Origin: Patescibacteria group bacterium
GTDB lineage: Bacteria; Patescibacteriota; Patescibacteriia; CAIXNZ01
DNA: 64,000 nucleotides
Direction: 5' to 3'
Assembly (NCBI GenBank): GCA_028714455.1
Contig: JAQTMG010000001.1
Location: 64,568-128,567, forward strand
Shown: piece after piece, positions 37,963 through 48,112 of the stretch
Layout of the letters: every line of letters starts with the position of its first letter
Position numbering within the stretch: the first letter of the stretch is position 1
Notes under the pieces: model-generated
The model's input: the letters and a program-made list of their open reading frames with translations, nothing else
Database searches by the model: none
Told to the model about the DNA's origin: nothing
Translations under genes and position numbers: made by a program

Positions 37963-39114
37963 ATGAAAAAGAAACTAAGAATCGGTTTTTTTACCGACAC
38001 TTATAAACCCCAGGTCAATGGGGTTGTTTCTTCTATTGATAATTTCCGGAAGGAGCTTGAAGGGCAGGGTCACGAGGTTATTGTTTTTTGCCCCAGAGTT
38101 AAGGGCGAAAAAGACACGACCGAGGTGAAGCGCTTCCCTTCTTTTAAATTTATTTTTCAGCCTGAATACAGAGTCTCTCTGCCAGTGACCATGGATCTAG
38201 AAAAGACAATCGGCCAAGAACTGGATATTATTCATGCCCACACGCCTTTCGGCCTTGGCCTCTTGGGTTATTATTACGCCGTTAAAAAACACAAACCCTT
38301 TATTTATACTTTTCATACTCTATATCCGGAATACGTAAAAACCTATTTTTTAAAAGGCAGAGTGGTAACGCCCAAGATGGTGGAAAAGCTTTCTTCATTT
38401 TTTTCCAATCACTGTGATTTAACTCTGGCGCCCTCAAGCAAGATAAAAAAGTTGCTTCTTTCATACGGTGTGATAAAGCCGGTAGCGATTTTACCAACAG
38501 GCGTAGCCATAGACGAATTTGAAGAGCCTGACGGGCTAAAAGAATTTAGCGGTAAATATAATTTAGGCAAAGATGAGAAGATATTGGTTTATGTCGGAAG
38601 ATTAGGCAAGGAAAAAAATATAGAATTTTTGATAAGAACTGCGGCAGAACTGAAAAAGAAAATAAATAACGTCAAGCTGCTTTTAGTGGGTGACGGGCCG
38701 GGGAAAGAATCTCTGAAAAACTTGGTAAAAAAATTAGGGCTCGGCAACACGGTTATTTTCACCGGCTATCTACCCAGAGCTGAAGTAAATAAGGCTTATC
38801 ACGCCAGCGATATTTTTGTTTTTGCTTCTCAAACGGAAACGCAGGGCATGGTTTTGTTGGAAGCCGCCGCCTGCGGCTTGCCCATAGTCGCTGTTAAGGA
38901 TTTGGCGTTTGGTGAAGTTTTAAAAAATGGCGTAAATGGTTTTGCCTGCGAAAAAAATTCAGCTGTTTTTGCCGGCAAAATACTTTTGTTGTTAAAAAAT
39001 AAAAAACTTTACCGCGCGATGTCCGTCAGCGCTCTAAAAAGGGCCAGGCTCTTGAGCAGTAAAAATCAGACAAAAAGACTCTTGCGCTTATATAAAAGCA
39101 CATCTGAAAAATAA
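37963..39114 (+). CDS. GT4-family glycosyltransferase
   Basis: GT-B fold with the conserved ..ETQGMVLLEAAACGLPIVA.. motif. Confidence 0.85.
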   Translation: MKKKLRIGFFTDTYKPQVNGVVSSIDNFRKELEGQGHEVIVFCPRVKGEKDTTEVKRFPSFKFIFQPEYRVSLPVTMDLEKTIGQELDIIHAHTPFGLGLLGYYYAVKKHKPFIYTFHTLYPEYVKTYFLKGRVVTPKMVEKLSSFFSNHCDLTLAPSSKIKKLLLSYGVIKPVAILPTGVAIDEFEEPDGLKEFSGKYNLGKDEKILVYVGRLGKEKNIEFLIRTAAELKKKINNVKLLLVGDGPGKESLKNLVKKLGLGNTVIFTGYLPRAEVNKAYHASDIFVFASQTETQGMVLLEAAACGLPIVAVKDLAFGEVLKNGVNGFACEKNSAVFAGKILLLLKNKKLYRAMSVSALKRARLLSSKNQTKRLLRLYKSTSEK

Positions 39115-39117
39115 AAA

Positions 39118-39150
39118 CCCCCGTAGTGCGGGGGCTTTTTTATCTTTGGT
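39118..39150. terminator. bidirectional intrinsic terminator
   Basis: CCCCCG-tagtg-CGGGGG with T-runs on either strand. Confidence 0.6.
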
Positions 39151-39153
39151 AAA

Positions 39154-41724
39154 TTAAACGCCTGGCAATTTGAGATTCAGATCCACTTCAACCGACGAGG
39201 AATTATCAATATCGTCATAGGCAGTTACTTTTAATTTGTGGTAGCCGTTGGGTAAGCCGCTGATGTTGGTGGTCAGACTAAATGGTGAGCTGGTGGTCGT
39301 GCCCAAAGAGTTTCCATCCAGTTCATAAGTCACCCGACTGATGCCGCGTGGAGCGCTGGCATTTACGGTAAATGTAACTGGGTTTGATTCAATGGCCTGG
39401 CCGTTTTGCGGGCTAATCAGAGTGAGAGTCGGGAAGTTGGCCGGCACATGCAGATCGTCATTTTCAGTCGGTGGATTTTGGAAAACAAATTGAACGCCGC
39501 TTTCTTTGGCCTGGTTTTCATACCACTGTTTGACGCCGTCTTCCCATGGTTGGAACATCGGATCAGAGGCGGGGTTGGCGGGCGGCGGCCCAGTCGGGTT
39601 ATCCTTGTCAATATAATATAAAATATCGTGAGCGACTGTAAATTTCTTTTTTTCTATAAACGAAGCGGGCGTGTATTGTGTCGCTAATTTACCCGAGGCG
39701 CGGTCAATATTTACTTCAACCTCGCTGGGCAGTTGGCCTCGCAAAATCGGCGGTAGATTGGGATCAAGCGGATCCGGCACTTTAAAATATTCAACCGGCG
39801 AATCCTTTAAGATGCTGGCCATGTACTCGTGCCAAATCGGCGCGGCCACCACCACACCATCAGCACCAGCCGTCATGTTCTTGCCATCACTGTTGCCCAC
39901 CCAGACGCCAGTCACGTAAGAAGGGGTGTAGCCGATGGCCCAGGCGTCTTTGTTATCGTTGGTGGTGCCCGTTTTAGCACAAATCGGCCGATCTCCCATG
40001 GTTAGCGGCGAATTAGCGCCGAAGATAAAGGAGCGAGCGCCGTTATCTGAAAGTATGCTGTTAACTTGACGAACCGTATTTTCAGACAACACCTTGTGCG
40101 CTTTGGGTTGAAATTCTTGTAGCACCTTGCCGGATTTATCTTCAACTTTTAAGACAGCGGCCAGCTCGGCTCTGTCACCGTCGCGAGCAAAGGCGGTAAA
40201 AGCGCCGACGTGATCAATCAGCTTGACCTCGCAACCGCCCAAAACCAGGGAGAGGCCGCACTGACTTTTATCCGTAATGGTGCTGTAACCCATATTTTCC
40301 ATCTGGGTTTTGACATTTTCATAACCGGCCAGGTAAAGAGTTTTTACGGCTGGAATATTGAGCGAGCCGGCCAGGGCTTTACGCATAGTAATCGGCCCAT
40401 ACTCTTTTTTCGTATAATTTCTCGGGGCGTATACTTGAGGCGTGGTAGCAAAAATTGTGTAGGTATCATAAAGCACGGTCTCGGTGGTAAAACCTTTTTC
40501 AAAAGCGGTAGCGTAGACTATCGGTTTGATTGAGGAGCCGGGCTGGCGTGGCCAGGTCGTAACGTTAACTTGGCCGTCAATAGCATCATCATTAAAATTC
40601 TGGGAGCCGACCATGGCCAGAATCTCGCCCGTCTTGGCGTCAACCGAGAGCAGGGCGGCATTGGCGGCTTTGTATTTTAGATTTGTCTCATTGGCGTCAT
40701 GAACGGCTTTTTCAGCCAGCCTCTGCTTATCCAGATCTAAAGTGGTGATTACCTTGAGACCGCCCTCTTGTAACATTTGGTCGCCAAATTGTTCAGACAA
40801 AAGTCCCTGCACATAAAAAACAAAATGAGGCGCTAAAATTCCGCCGGCATTTTCGCCGATAAAAGTAATTTTTTCTTGCTTGGCTTTTTCAGCCTCATCC
40901 TTTTTGATATAGCCATTTTGCACCATTGCGTCTAAAACTCTTTTTTGTCTGGCAAATAATTCATCGGTGTGCGTGCCGTAAGGCGAGAGTCGTGTCGGTG
41001 CCTGGGGCAACGCGGCCAATAAAGCGGCTTCGGCCAGGTCTAAATCCTTGGCGCGCTTGCCAAAATAATAATTGGCAGCCGCTTCAATGCCGAAATTTAC
41101 AGAGCCGTAAGAAATTTGGTTAAAATATAATTTAAGGATTTGGTCCTTGGTAAATGTTTTTTCTATCTCATAAGATAAGATAAGCTCCTTGATTTTTCTG
41201 GGAATGGTTTTTTCGCTGGATAGGATGACCGTTTTAACTAGCTGCTGCGTGATTGTCGAGCCGCCCTGCGCTCTGCTGCCGGAGAGAATATCGGCGATGA
41301 CTGAACGGATAATACTGGTTATCTTAAAGCCTTTGTGTTTGTAAAAATCTTTATCTTCGATTGAAATAGTTGCCCACTTGGAGTAATCAGAGATCTGGTC
41401 AAGCTCAACCACCGTTCTTCTTTCGCCGCCATTCATCTCCCACAAAACCGTGTTGCCGGTGCGATCGTAAATTTTAGTTGATTCAGAGACTACCCGATTC
41501 ATCATGTCATTGGGGTTGGGCAGACCTCGCGAGTAGACGGCGATAACCCCGACAAACAAAATACCGCCGGCCAGCACCAAAATGACGCCCCAGACCGCGA
41601 GCTTGGCCAAAAGAGCTTTTGAGGAGAGACCTTTCAAGTCTAGATGCAGGCCCTTTGGGAATAATTTACGTTTTCTATATTTTTGCCAGCTCTTGGGTGA
41701 GCGGGCTAGTTGTGGAATGGGCAT
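39154..41724 (-). CDS. mrcA: class A penicillin-binding protein (PBP1A: transglycosylase+transpeptidase) with C-terminal Ig-like domains
   Basis: Glycosyltransferase-51 motifs (..EDKDFYKHKGF..RAQGGSTITQQL..) and a transpeptidase SxxK region. Confidence 0.9.
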   Translation of the reverse strand: MPIPQLARSPKSWQKYRKRKLFPKGLHLDLKGLSSKALLAKLAVWGVILVLAGGILFVGVIAVYSRGLPNPNDMMNRVVSESTKIYDRTGNTVLWEMNGGERRTVVELDQISDYSKWATISIEDKDFYKHKGFKITSIIRSVIADILSGSRAQGGSTITQQLVKTVILSSEKTIPRKIKELILSYEIEKTFTKDQILKLYFNQISYGSVNFGIEAAANYYFGKRAKDLDLAEAALLAALPQAPTRLSPYGTHTDELFARQKRVLDAMVQNGYIKKDEAEKAKQEKITFIGENAGGILAPHFVFYVQGLLSEQFGDQMLQEGGLKVITTLDLDKQRLAEKAVHDANETNLKYKAANAALLSVDAKTGEILAMVGSQNFNDDAIDGQVNVTTWPRQPGSSIKPIVYATAFEKGFTTETVLYDTYTIFATTPQVYAPRNYTKKEYGPITMRKALAGSLNIPAVKTLYLAGYENVKTQMENMGYSTITDKSQCGLSLVLGGCEVKLIDHVGAFTAFARDGDRAELAAVLKVEDKSGKVLQEFQPKAHKVLSENTVRQVNSILSDNGARSFIFGANSPLTMGDRPICAKTGTTNDNKDAWAIGYTPSYVTGVWVGNSDGKNMTAGADGVVVAAPIWHEYMASILKDSPVEYFKVPDPLDPNLPPILRGQLPSEVEVNIDRASGKLATQYTPASFIEKKKFTVAHDILYYIDKDNPTGPPPANPASDPMFQPWEDGVKQWYENQAKESGVQFVFQNPPTENDDLHVPANFPTLTLISPQNGQAIESNPVTFTVNASAPRGISRVTYELDGNSLGTTTSSPFSLTTNISGLPNGYHKLKVTAYDDIDNSSSVEVDLNLKLPGV

Positions 41725-41785
41725 TAGGTGAAGTTTTAAAATTTAACAGTATTATAGTATAATCCTCTTTTTTTATCAAGGCAAC

Positions 41786-42286
41786 CTAGCGAATTCGATC
41801 AAAGAATTTTTTTGAGTTTTGGCAGGTTAAAGCAATGGCCAGGGCATCGGCCGCATCATCTGGCTTGGGTATTTTGTTCAATTTAAGCAGCGCTTTGACC
41901 ATCTCTTGGACTTGTCTCTTATCGGCTTTGCCATAACCGCAGACCGCTTGCTTTACTTGTAAAGGAGTGAATTCATAAAGCGGCAGTTTATTTAATCTGG
42001 CCGTTAGTAAGATTACGCCGCGGGCCTGGCCGACTAAAAGAGCGGTTTTGACGTTTTTACAAAAAAATAATTGTTCCACGGCCATGCTACTCGGATGGTA
42101 TTTTTTTATCAAATCGTTTAGCGCATTAAAAATATATTCTAGGCGCAAGGAAAATTCCTGTTTGCTAGAAGTTGAGATAATGCCATAATCAAGAATTTTT
42201 GAATCACTCTCTTTAATAAAGGCATAACCCGTGGTGGCTAAACCAGGGTCGATGCCTAAAATTATGTTGTTTTGTTTGTTTTTCAT
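41786..42286 (-). CDS. ruvC: Holliday junction resolvase RuvC
   Basis: ILGIDPGLATTGYA...E.LF...N..TAL..GQARG. Confidence 0.9.
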   Translation of the reverse strand: MKNKQNNIILGIDPGLATTGYAFIKESDSKILDYGIISTSSKQEFSLRLEYIFNALNDLIKKYHPSSMAVEQLFFCKNVKTALLVGQARGVILLTARLNKLPLYEFTPLQVKQAVCGYGKADKRQVQEMVKALLKLNKIPKPDDAADALAIALTCQNSKKFFDRIR

Positions 42287-42367
42287 TCTTTCTTAATGAT
42301 AGCAAGAATTCCGCTTGAAATACAAAAACGGTTGAGCGGGAGAAGGTTTGGAAGAGAATAAAAAAAC

Positions 42368-42474
42368 AGCGAAAACGGTTTTATTTTTATGTAGAGACAC
42401 GGCGCGCCATGTCTCTACAATGTCGTTGTAGAGACGCATTGCTATGTGTCTCTATGTTTTTTAAGCCGTTTTCG
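42368..42474. repeat. structured element: 10-bp inverted repeat (GCGAAAACGG/CCGTTTTCGC) enclosing two GTAGAGAC..GTCTCTAC hairpins
   Basis: Hairpin 1 (42390-42417) is a near-perfect 28-bp palindrome around GGCGCGCC. Hairpin 2 (42427-42454) is followed by T6. Confidence 0.55.
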
Positions 42475-42517
42475 CCCAAACTTGGAGGAAAAAATATGAT
42501 CATGCTAATAAAATTTA

Positions 42518-42550
42518 AAACCGCCGGCGATGCCAGCGGTTTTTTCTTAT
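42518..42550. terminator. bidirectional intrinsic terminator after yebC
   Basis: CCGCCGGC-gat-GCCAGCGG with T6 / A-runs. Confidence 0.55.
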
Positions 42551-43275
42551 TTAAGGTTGGAGTAATAATTATCAACATCTTCCATTTCATCCAGCGCTTC
42601 GAAAAGGGCTTCATTCTTTTTTGTTTTTTCTTCATCTAACGAAATCCACTCTTTGGGTACATATTCTATTTCTGCGTAGTCGGCTGAAAAGCCCAGGCCC
42701 TCAATTCCTTTACTGACTTTCTGCAGATCTTCCATTTTAGTATAGACAACAAGAGAATCTTCTTCCTTGGCCATTTCCTGGGCGCCCAGGTCTATTAATT
42801 GAAGTTCAAGTTCATCAAGATTTTTGTCGACAATTTTTTCATTGGCTATCCTGATCACACCCTTGAGCTCGAATTGCCAGGCCACGGCATTTTTTCCCGC
42901 GAGTTGGCCGCCGTGGGCATTTAAAACGTGCTTAATATCAGAAGCGGTCCTATTTTTATTATCGCTTAAGCACTTAATGATTATGGCTGTGCCGCCTGGG
43001 CCAAAGCCCTCATAAATTAATTCCTCAATTTCCGCGCCTTCTTTAATTTCGCCGGTGCCTCGTTTAACCGCTCGTTCTATATTTTCCTTGGGCATATTGG
43101 CGGCTCGCGCCCTGTCAATGGCCAGGCGCAAAGTGAAGTTGCTGTCTGGATTGCCGCCCTTTTCTCGCGCGGCCACGGTTATGGCTCGGCCGAGTTTTGT
43201 AAACACATTTGCTCTTTTTGAATCGGTTACGGCTTTTTGTCTTTTGGTTGTCGCCCATTTGGAGTGCCCGCTCAT
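42547..43275 (-). CDS. yebC: YebC/PmpR-family transcriptional regulator
   Basis: MSGHSKWATTKRQKA.D..R...F.KL.R.I..A.. is a canonical YebC N-terminus. Confidence 0.9.
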   Translation of the reverse strand: MSGHSKWATTKRQKAVTDSKRANVFTKLGRAITVAAREKGGNPDSNFTLRLAIDRARAANMPKENIERAVKRGTGEIKEGAEIEELIYEGFGPGGTAIIIKCLSDNKNRTASDIKHVLNAHGGQLAGKNAVAWQFELKGVIRIANEKIVDKNLDELELQLIDLGAQEMAKEEDSLVVYTKMEDLQKVSKGIEGLGFSADYAEIEYVPKEWISLDEEKTKKNEALFEALDEMEDVDNYYSNLK

Positions 43276-43500
43276 ATTTTTTGGTTAATAATGTTATTAA
43301 GATTTTATCAATTTTTGAAAAAAAATCAAGGTATCCACATGTTTGGATTTTTTTACTTGCCATTATTATATAGAGTGCTATACTTTAATTAAGTTTTTGG
43401 TCTTTCATCTAAATTACCTAATCTCTCCCAATTAATATATGCCCTGCTTTGTTTATTTTGCCACCATGCTTAGCAAAATGACCGCGCAGGGTTTTTTAAT

Positions 43501-44121
43501 ATGTTGATTCCCATCGCGATATTATTTTTGGCTGTCATCTGCCTGGTTCTACTGGCTTTTTTGGGCTATTACATTATTTCTTTGTACGGACTGATTATTT
43601 TGCTTTTGGTGACCATAGCTTACGGGCTGCTTTCTTTGCTGGAGGGTTATAGAGTAATTATCTTGGGCCGAGCACCATTTATCAGAAGCAGCAAGAAGAT
43701 AATACGTCTGATTCTCCAGGGAGTAGACTTCAAAAAGGGCGCGACGGTTTGCGAGCTTGGTTGCGGTGACGGCCGATTTCTTAGAGAGCTGGCCAGAAAT
43801 CGTGACGTAAGCTGTTTCGGTTACGAATATTCGCTGCCGCCCTATCTGCTTGGCAGACTGTATAATTATTTTAGCAGAAAAAAGGTAAAGATATATTTTA
43901 AGGATTTTTTTAAGGCGGATCTCTCTGGCGTCGATTACATTTTTTGTTATTTAATGCCCAAAGAGATGATTGAGCTGGAGAAAAAAATACGGCGGGAATT
44001 GAAGCCGGGTAGTCTTATTATTTCTAACACCTTTATTTTTCGCGGCTGGCAACCCATTAAAGTAATCAAGGGTTCTTCGCCAGCCGCTTTGAACAGTAAT
44101 GTTTACATTTATCGAACCTAG
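43501..44121 (+). CDS. membrane-anchored class I SAM-dependent methyltransferase
   Basis: Two N-terminal TM helices, then motif I VCELGCGDGRF. Confidence 0.7.
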   Translation: MLIPIAILFLAVICLVLLAFLGYYIISLYGLIILLLVTIAYGLLSLLEGYRVIILGRAPFIRSSKKIIRLILQGVDFKKGATVCELGCGDGRFLRELARNRDVSCFGYEYSLPPYLLGRLYNYFSRKKVKIYFKDFFKADLSGVDYIFCYLMPKEMIELEKKIRRELKPGSLIISNTFIFRGWQPIKVIKGSSPAALNSNVYIYRT

Positions 44122-44163
44122 GCTAGAATTGCCTAAAAACAGAAAAAGTAATACAATTTAAGC

Positions 44164-45759
44164 ATGGTCATCAAAAAAATTATTCAAAAAACCAAGGAAC
44201 TGATTGAAAAAAATCAGTTTATTTTATATTTAGCGATTTTTGCCGCGGCTTTGTTTGTCGGCTTGTGGCTGCAGTCAAGCCCGACTTTTTTGGATCCCGA
44301 TTCTTTCTACCACTTAAAAATGGCCAAGTTAATAGCGGCTAATTTTGGTCCGATAATAAATTTTCCCTGGTTAAAATTTACGCTGCTGGCCAACGATTAT
44401 GTTGACCACCATTTTCTTTATCACGTGTTGGCGATACCCTTTATTAAAATATTGGGCGATTTGGCCGGTCTGAAATTTTATACCGTGATTTTATCTGCCG
44501 CGCTAGTCTTGTTGAGCTATTGGTTTTTTAAAAAATATAAAGTCGTTTACGCGGGAATTTTCGCTCTGGTTCTGCTTTTTTCGCCGGCCTTTTTATTTCG
44601 CGTCTCGCTGGTCAAGGGGAATTCATTTTCGTTAATCCTGCTTTTCCTGGGGATTTATTGCGTCTTTAAAAAAAGATATTGGCTTTTATTTTTGCTCTCT
44701 TTTATTTACGTTTGGTCATATGGAGGATTTTTATTAATTTTACTGATGTCGGGTGTCTACTCATTCTCGGTTGCTCTTTGGGCAACATTTAATGATAGTT
44801 ATTCGCAAAATTCCGTAAAATATTTTTTTAAAGTTTTATTTTCTCCGGAGAATCTAAAACCGATTATTTTTTCAGCGCTTGGCATTATTCTGGGAATTTG
44901 CGCAAATCCATATTTTCCCGGAAACATTAGTTTTTATTGGCAGCAGCTGGTGCAGATCGGTCTGATTAACTATCGGGGGGTAGTTAATGTAGGCGGCGAG
45001 TGGTATCCTTATCCGCCACTGCAGCTAATTGGCGATGCCGGCTTGGTTTTAATGTTTTTTTCGCTGGCCGTGATGTTATTTTTCGTCTTTATTAAGAAAC
45101 AAAAGCCCGAAACTATTTTTTTCTTTATCGCTTCACTGATTTTTTTGGCGTTAACGCTGAAATCAAAACGTTACGTTGAATATTTTATTCCATTTGTGGT
45201 ATATTTTTCGGCCCTGGCCACGACCTTGGCCTTGGGCGATATAAAAATCAAAGATTTAATTTCTAAAATAGAAAATATTGATAAGCGCCTCGGCAGATTG
45301 TTAATTCTAATATTCATTTATCTTTTGGTAATCATTCCTCTGGTGATGGTTAAAGACGCCTATATTACTTTTTCGAGCTTCAGAGGCGGCATTAGTTTCA
45401 CGCGTTTTAGCGGCGTCTCCGCTTATTTGGAGAAAAATACGAATCAGGGTGATGTGATCATGCACACCAGCTGGGATGATTTCCCCATGCTTTTTTATTA
45501 CAACTCCAAAGATTATTACATCGTCGGCTTGGATCCGACCTTCATGTACAATTACAGCCCATCATTGTACAATCTCTATGCCGATATTACCATGGCCAAG
45601 ATAAACACTAATTTATACCAACAGATTAAAGATAATTTTGGCGCTAAATATTTTGTCGTAAATAGCGGCCGAGACGCGCTGGAGAAGAATTTGCAAAATG
45701 ACGGCAATTTTACCAAGGTTTATGAAGACAGCGACGGCAAGATTTATAAATTGAAATAA
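44164..45759 (+). CDS. polytopic membrane protein, putative GT-C-fold glycosyltransferase (ArnT/PMT-like)
   Basis: More than 10 TM helices. DPDSFYH in the first periplasmic loop resembles the GT-C DExxY/R motif. Confidence 0.5.
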   Translation: MVIKKIIQKTKELIEKNQFILYLAIFAAALFVGLWLQSSPTFLDPDSFYHLKMAKLIAANFGPIINFPWLKFTLLANDYVDHHFLYHVLAIPFIKILGDLAGLKFYTVILSAALVLLSYWFFKKYKVVYAGIFALVLLFSPAFLFRVSLVKGNSFSLILLFLGIYCVFKKRYWLLFLLSFIYVWSYGGFLLILLMSGVYSFSVALWATFNDSYSQNSVKYFFKVLFSPENLKPIIFSALGIILGICANPYFPGNISFYWQQLVQIGLINYRGVVNVGGEWYPYPPLQLIGDAGLVLMFFSLAVMLFFVFIKKQKPETIFFFIASLIFLALTLKSKRYVEYFIPFVVYFSALATTLALGDIKIKDLISKIENIDKRLGRLLILIFIYLLVIIPLVMVKDAYITFSSFRGGISFTRFSGVSAYLEKNTNQGDVIMHTSWDDFPMLFYYNSKDYYIVGLDPTFMYNYSPSLYNLYADITMAKINTNLYQQIKDNFGAKYFVVNSGRDALEKNLQNDGNFTKVYEDSDGKIYKLK

Positions 45760-45760
45760 T

Positions 45761-48112
45761 ATGAAGCGTATTTTAATAGTAATTCCTGCCTACAATGAAG
45801 AAAAAATAATCGCTCAAAATCTCGAGCGTTTGGCTGATTTTTGCTCAAAAAATTTGATCGGAGATGAATTTAAAATTATTTTGGCTGATAATAATTCAAT
45901 TGATAAAACCTCCGAGATAGTCAAAAACTTGGCCGAAAAAGACAACATGATTATTTATCGTTACTATGATAAAAAGGGCAAGGGTCTGGCGGTTTTAAAC
46001 ACCTGGAGAAATGAAGCAAATAATTTTGATATTTTTGTCTTTATGGACGCTGACCTATCAACTGATTTATCAGCGTTGACTCCGCTCTTATTGGCTATTG
46101 TCCAGGGGAGCGATATAGCAGTTGGCTCACGCTATTTAAAAGATTCGGTTGTTAGGAGGCAATTTTCAAGAAGATTTTTTTCTCGCGGTTATAATACATT
46201 TTTTAGGTTCTTGCTTGGTGCTAAAATAAGTGATTATGCTTGCGGTTTTAAGGCGGTCAGCAAAAAAGTGGTGGCAGAGCTGGTTCCGAAAATAAAAAAC
46301 GATCAGTTCTTCTTTGATTCAGAGCTGCTTTTCCGAGCGGAAAAAGCACAATCTAAAATAAAAGAAATTCCAGTGAAATGGGCGGAGCCTCGCCAGAGTA
46401 ATGAAAGTAAAGTTAGCGTGTTAAAAGTTGCCTGGCGATATTTCAGAGAAATTTTGCGTCTGAAAAGAGAAAGCAACCCAAATAAATTAAGCCGCAATGA
46501 AATTAAATTTATCTGGTTAGTCGGTCTTATTTTGATTGCGGTTACGGCGCTGCCTTATCTGTATGGTTATCTTTCGAGAGGCGACCTTTATTACACGGGC
46601 GCTCATATATTTTCACCCGTAGATACACCAGTTTATTATTCTTATATTGAACAGGCAAAAGACGGACATTTTTTATTCGGCGATTTATTTTCCAATGAAC
46701 TTAACGAGCCGAGACTATTTAACCCGTTTTGGCTGTTAGTCGGGTTCGTGGCAAAAATTTTTAATCTGTCAGCTCCAATCGCGGTCCAAGTTTTTAGAAT
46801 AATTTTAATCCCCATATTTTTATTTGTTCTTTATAAATTTATTAGTTTTTTTATCGGCGAAAAGTATACCGTGACAAGAAAAAAAATGTGTTTTTTGTAT
46901 TCAATTTTTGCGACAGGTCTGGGCGGATTTTTTTATTACTGGCTGCACGCCGACATGAATAACGGCAACAGCTTTAATCTGGCCATGGATATGTGGGTAC
47001 CCGAAGCAAGTAATTTTTTAATAATATTTACATCGCCACATTTTATCGCTTCAATCACTTTAATAATCTCAATTTTCTATTTATTTTGGCTCTCGCTGGA
47101 CACTTTAAAATTTAGATATTCTATTGCCGCTGGTTTAGCCGCCCTTTTTTTGTTCGGTTTTCATCCATTTTTTATTCCCACAATTTATTTTATATCTTTT
47201 GTTTATTTAATTTTTCTTTTTTTAAAAAACAAAAAAATTGACCTTAAGCCAATTTTAAATTATTTTTTGCTGGTAATTATTTCGTTGCCGTCAGCACTTT
47301 ATTATTTGTATCTGCTCTTAACTGATTCAAGTCTAGGGGTTAAAGCAGCGCAGAATATTTGTCTGACGCCAGGAGGAATTAATTTTTTTATAAGCTATGG
47401 GCTTGGTTTATTTTTTGCGATTTTCGCCGTGGTGTACTTAGTTGAGAGCAAGCGAGCCAATAACAAATTATTCTTTCTTATTATTTGGTTTTGGTCGTCG
47501 ATTTTGCTGATTTACGGCCCTTTTAATTTTCAGCGACGCTTAACCGAAGGGTTTCAAGTTCCTTTAACTATTTTGGCTTTCATCGGTTTCGTAATAATTT
47601 GGGATTTATTGAAAACAAAATGGAAAATTTTTAGAGAAGCAAAACTTTGGCAAATACTCCCGTTTTTTATTTTTTTCTTTTGTTTCACCAATATCTTGGT
47701 TTATTACGGAGATTTTAGATTCCTCGCTTCCAAACCCGAGATTGTTTATATCGAGAAGGGAACAAAGACAGCCATGGATTGGTACAGAGTCAATTCTGGT
47801 TATGAAGACACGATTTTAGCTTCTCGAATCGATGGTAATTTAATTCCAGGCGTAATCGGCAGGAGAGTGTTCCTGGGCCATGATGTTGAAACGATAAATT
47901 ATAAACAGAAACTGGCCGAGATTATGAATTTTTTTGGCGGTAATAATGATGACCAGAAAAAGATAAATTTTTTGAAAGAAAACCGTATTGATTATTTATT
48001 TTACTCTGTTTCAGAAAAACGGCTCGGAAATTTTAACCCGTCAGTTAAGAATTATTTGGCTAAGATTTACGAAAAAAATGGCGTAGAGATTTTTAAAGTT
48101 ATTGGAGATTAA
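45761..48112 (+). CDS. GT2 glycosyltransferase (polyprenol-phosphate sugar synthase-like) fused to a large polytopic GT-C-like membrane domain
   Basis: N-terminus: ..VIPAYNEE..ADNNS.D.T......DADLS.. (GT2 DxD). C-terminus: about 12 TM helices. Confidence 0.75.
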   Translation: MKRILIVIPAYNEEKIIAQNLERLADFCSKNLIGDEFKIILADNNSIDKTSEIVKNLAEKDNMIIYRYYDKKGKGLAVLNTWRNEANNFDIFVFMDADLSTDLSALTPLLLAIVQGSDIAVGSRYLKDSVVRRQFSRRFFSRGYNTFFRFLLGAKISDYACGFKAVSKKVVAELVPKIKNDQFFFDSELLFRAEKAQSKIKEIPVKWAEPRQSNESKVSVLKVAWRYFREILRLKRESNPNKLSRNEIKFIWLVGLILIAVTALPYLYGYLSRGDLYYTGAHIFSPVDTPVYYSYIEQAKDGHFLFGDLFSNELNEPRLFNPFWLLVGFVAKIFNLSAPIAVQVFRIILIPIFLFVLYKFISFFIGEKYTVTRKKMCFLYSIFATGLGGFFYYWLHADMNNGNSFNLAMDMWVPEASNFLIIFTSPHFIASITLIISIFYLFWLSLDTLKFRYSIAAGLAALFLFGFHPFFIPTIYFISFVYLIFLFLKNKKIDLKPILNYFLLVIISLPSALYYLYLLLTDSSLGVKAAQNICLTPGGINFFISYGLGLFFAIFAVVYLVESKRANNKLFFLIIWFWSSILLIYGPFNFQRRLTEGFQVPLTILAFIGFVIIWDLLKTKWKIFREAKLWQILPFFIFFFCFTNILVYYGDFRFLASKPEIVYIEKGTKTAMDWYRVNSGYEDTILASRIDGNLIPGVIGRRVFLGHDVETINYKQKLAEIMNFFGGNNDDQKKINFLKENRIDYLFYSVSEKRLGNFNPSVKNYLAKIYEKNGVEIFKVIGD

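Noticed and set aside
42387-42639. ORFs 42387-42635(-) and 42409-42639(+)
   Set aside because: They are generated by the palindromic double-hairpin element and the yebC terminator. Translations such as LQCRCRDALLCVSMF mirror the dyads.
43331-43339. Isolated DnaA-box-like GTATCCACA upstream of the methyltransferase gene
   Set aside because: It is a single 8/9 match far from dnaA, and such matches are expected by chance in 64 kb.
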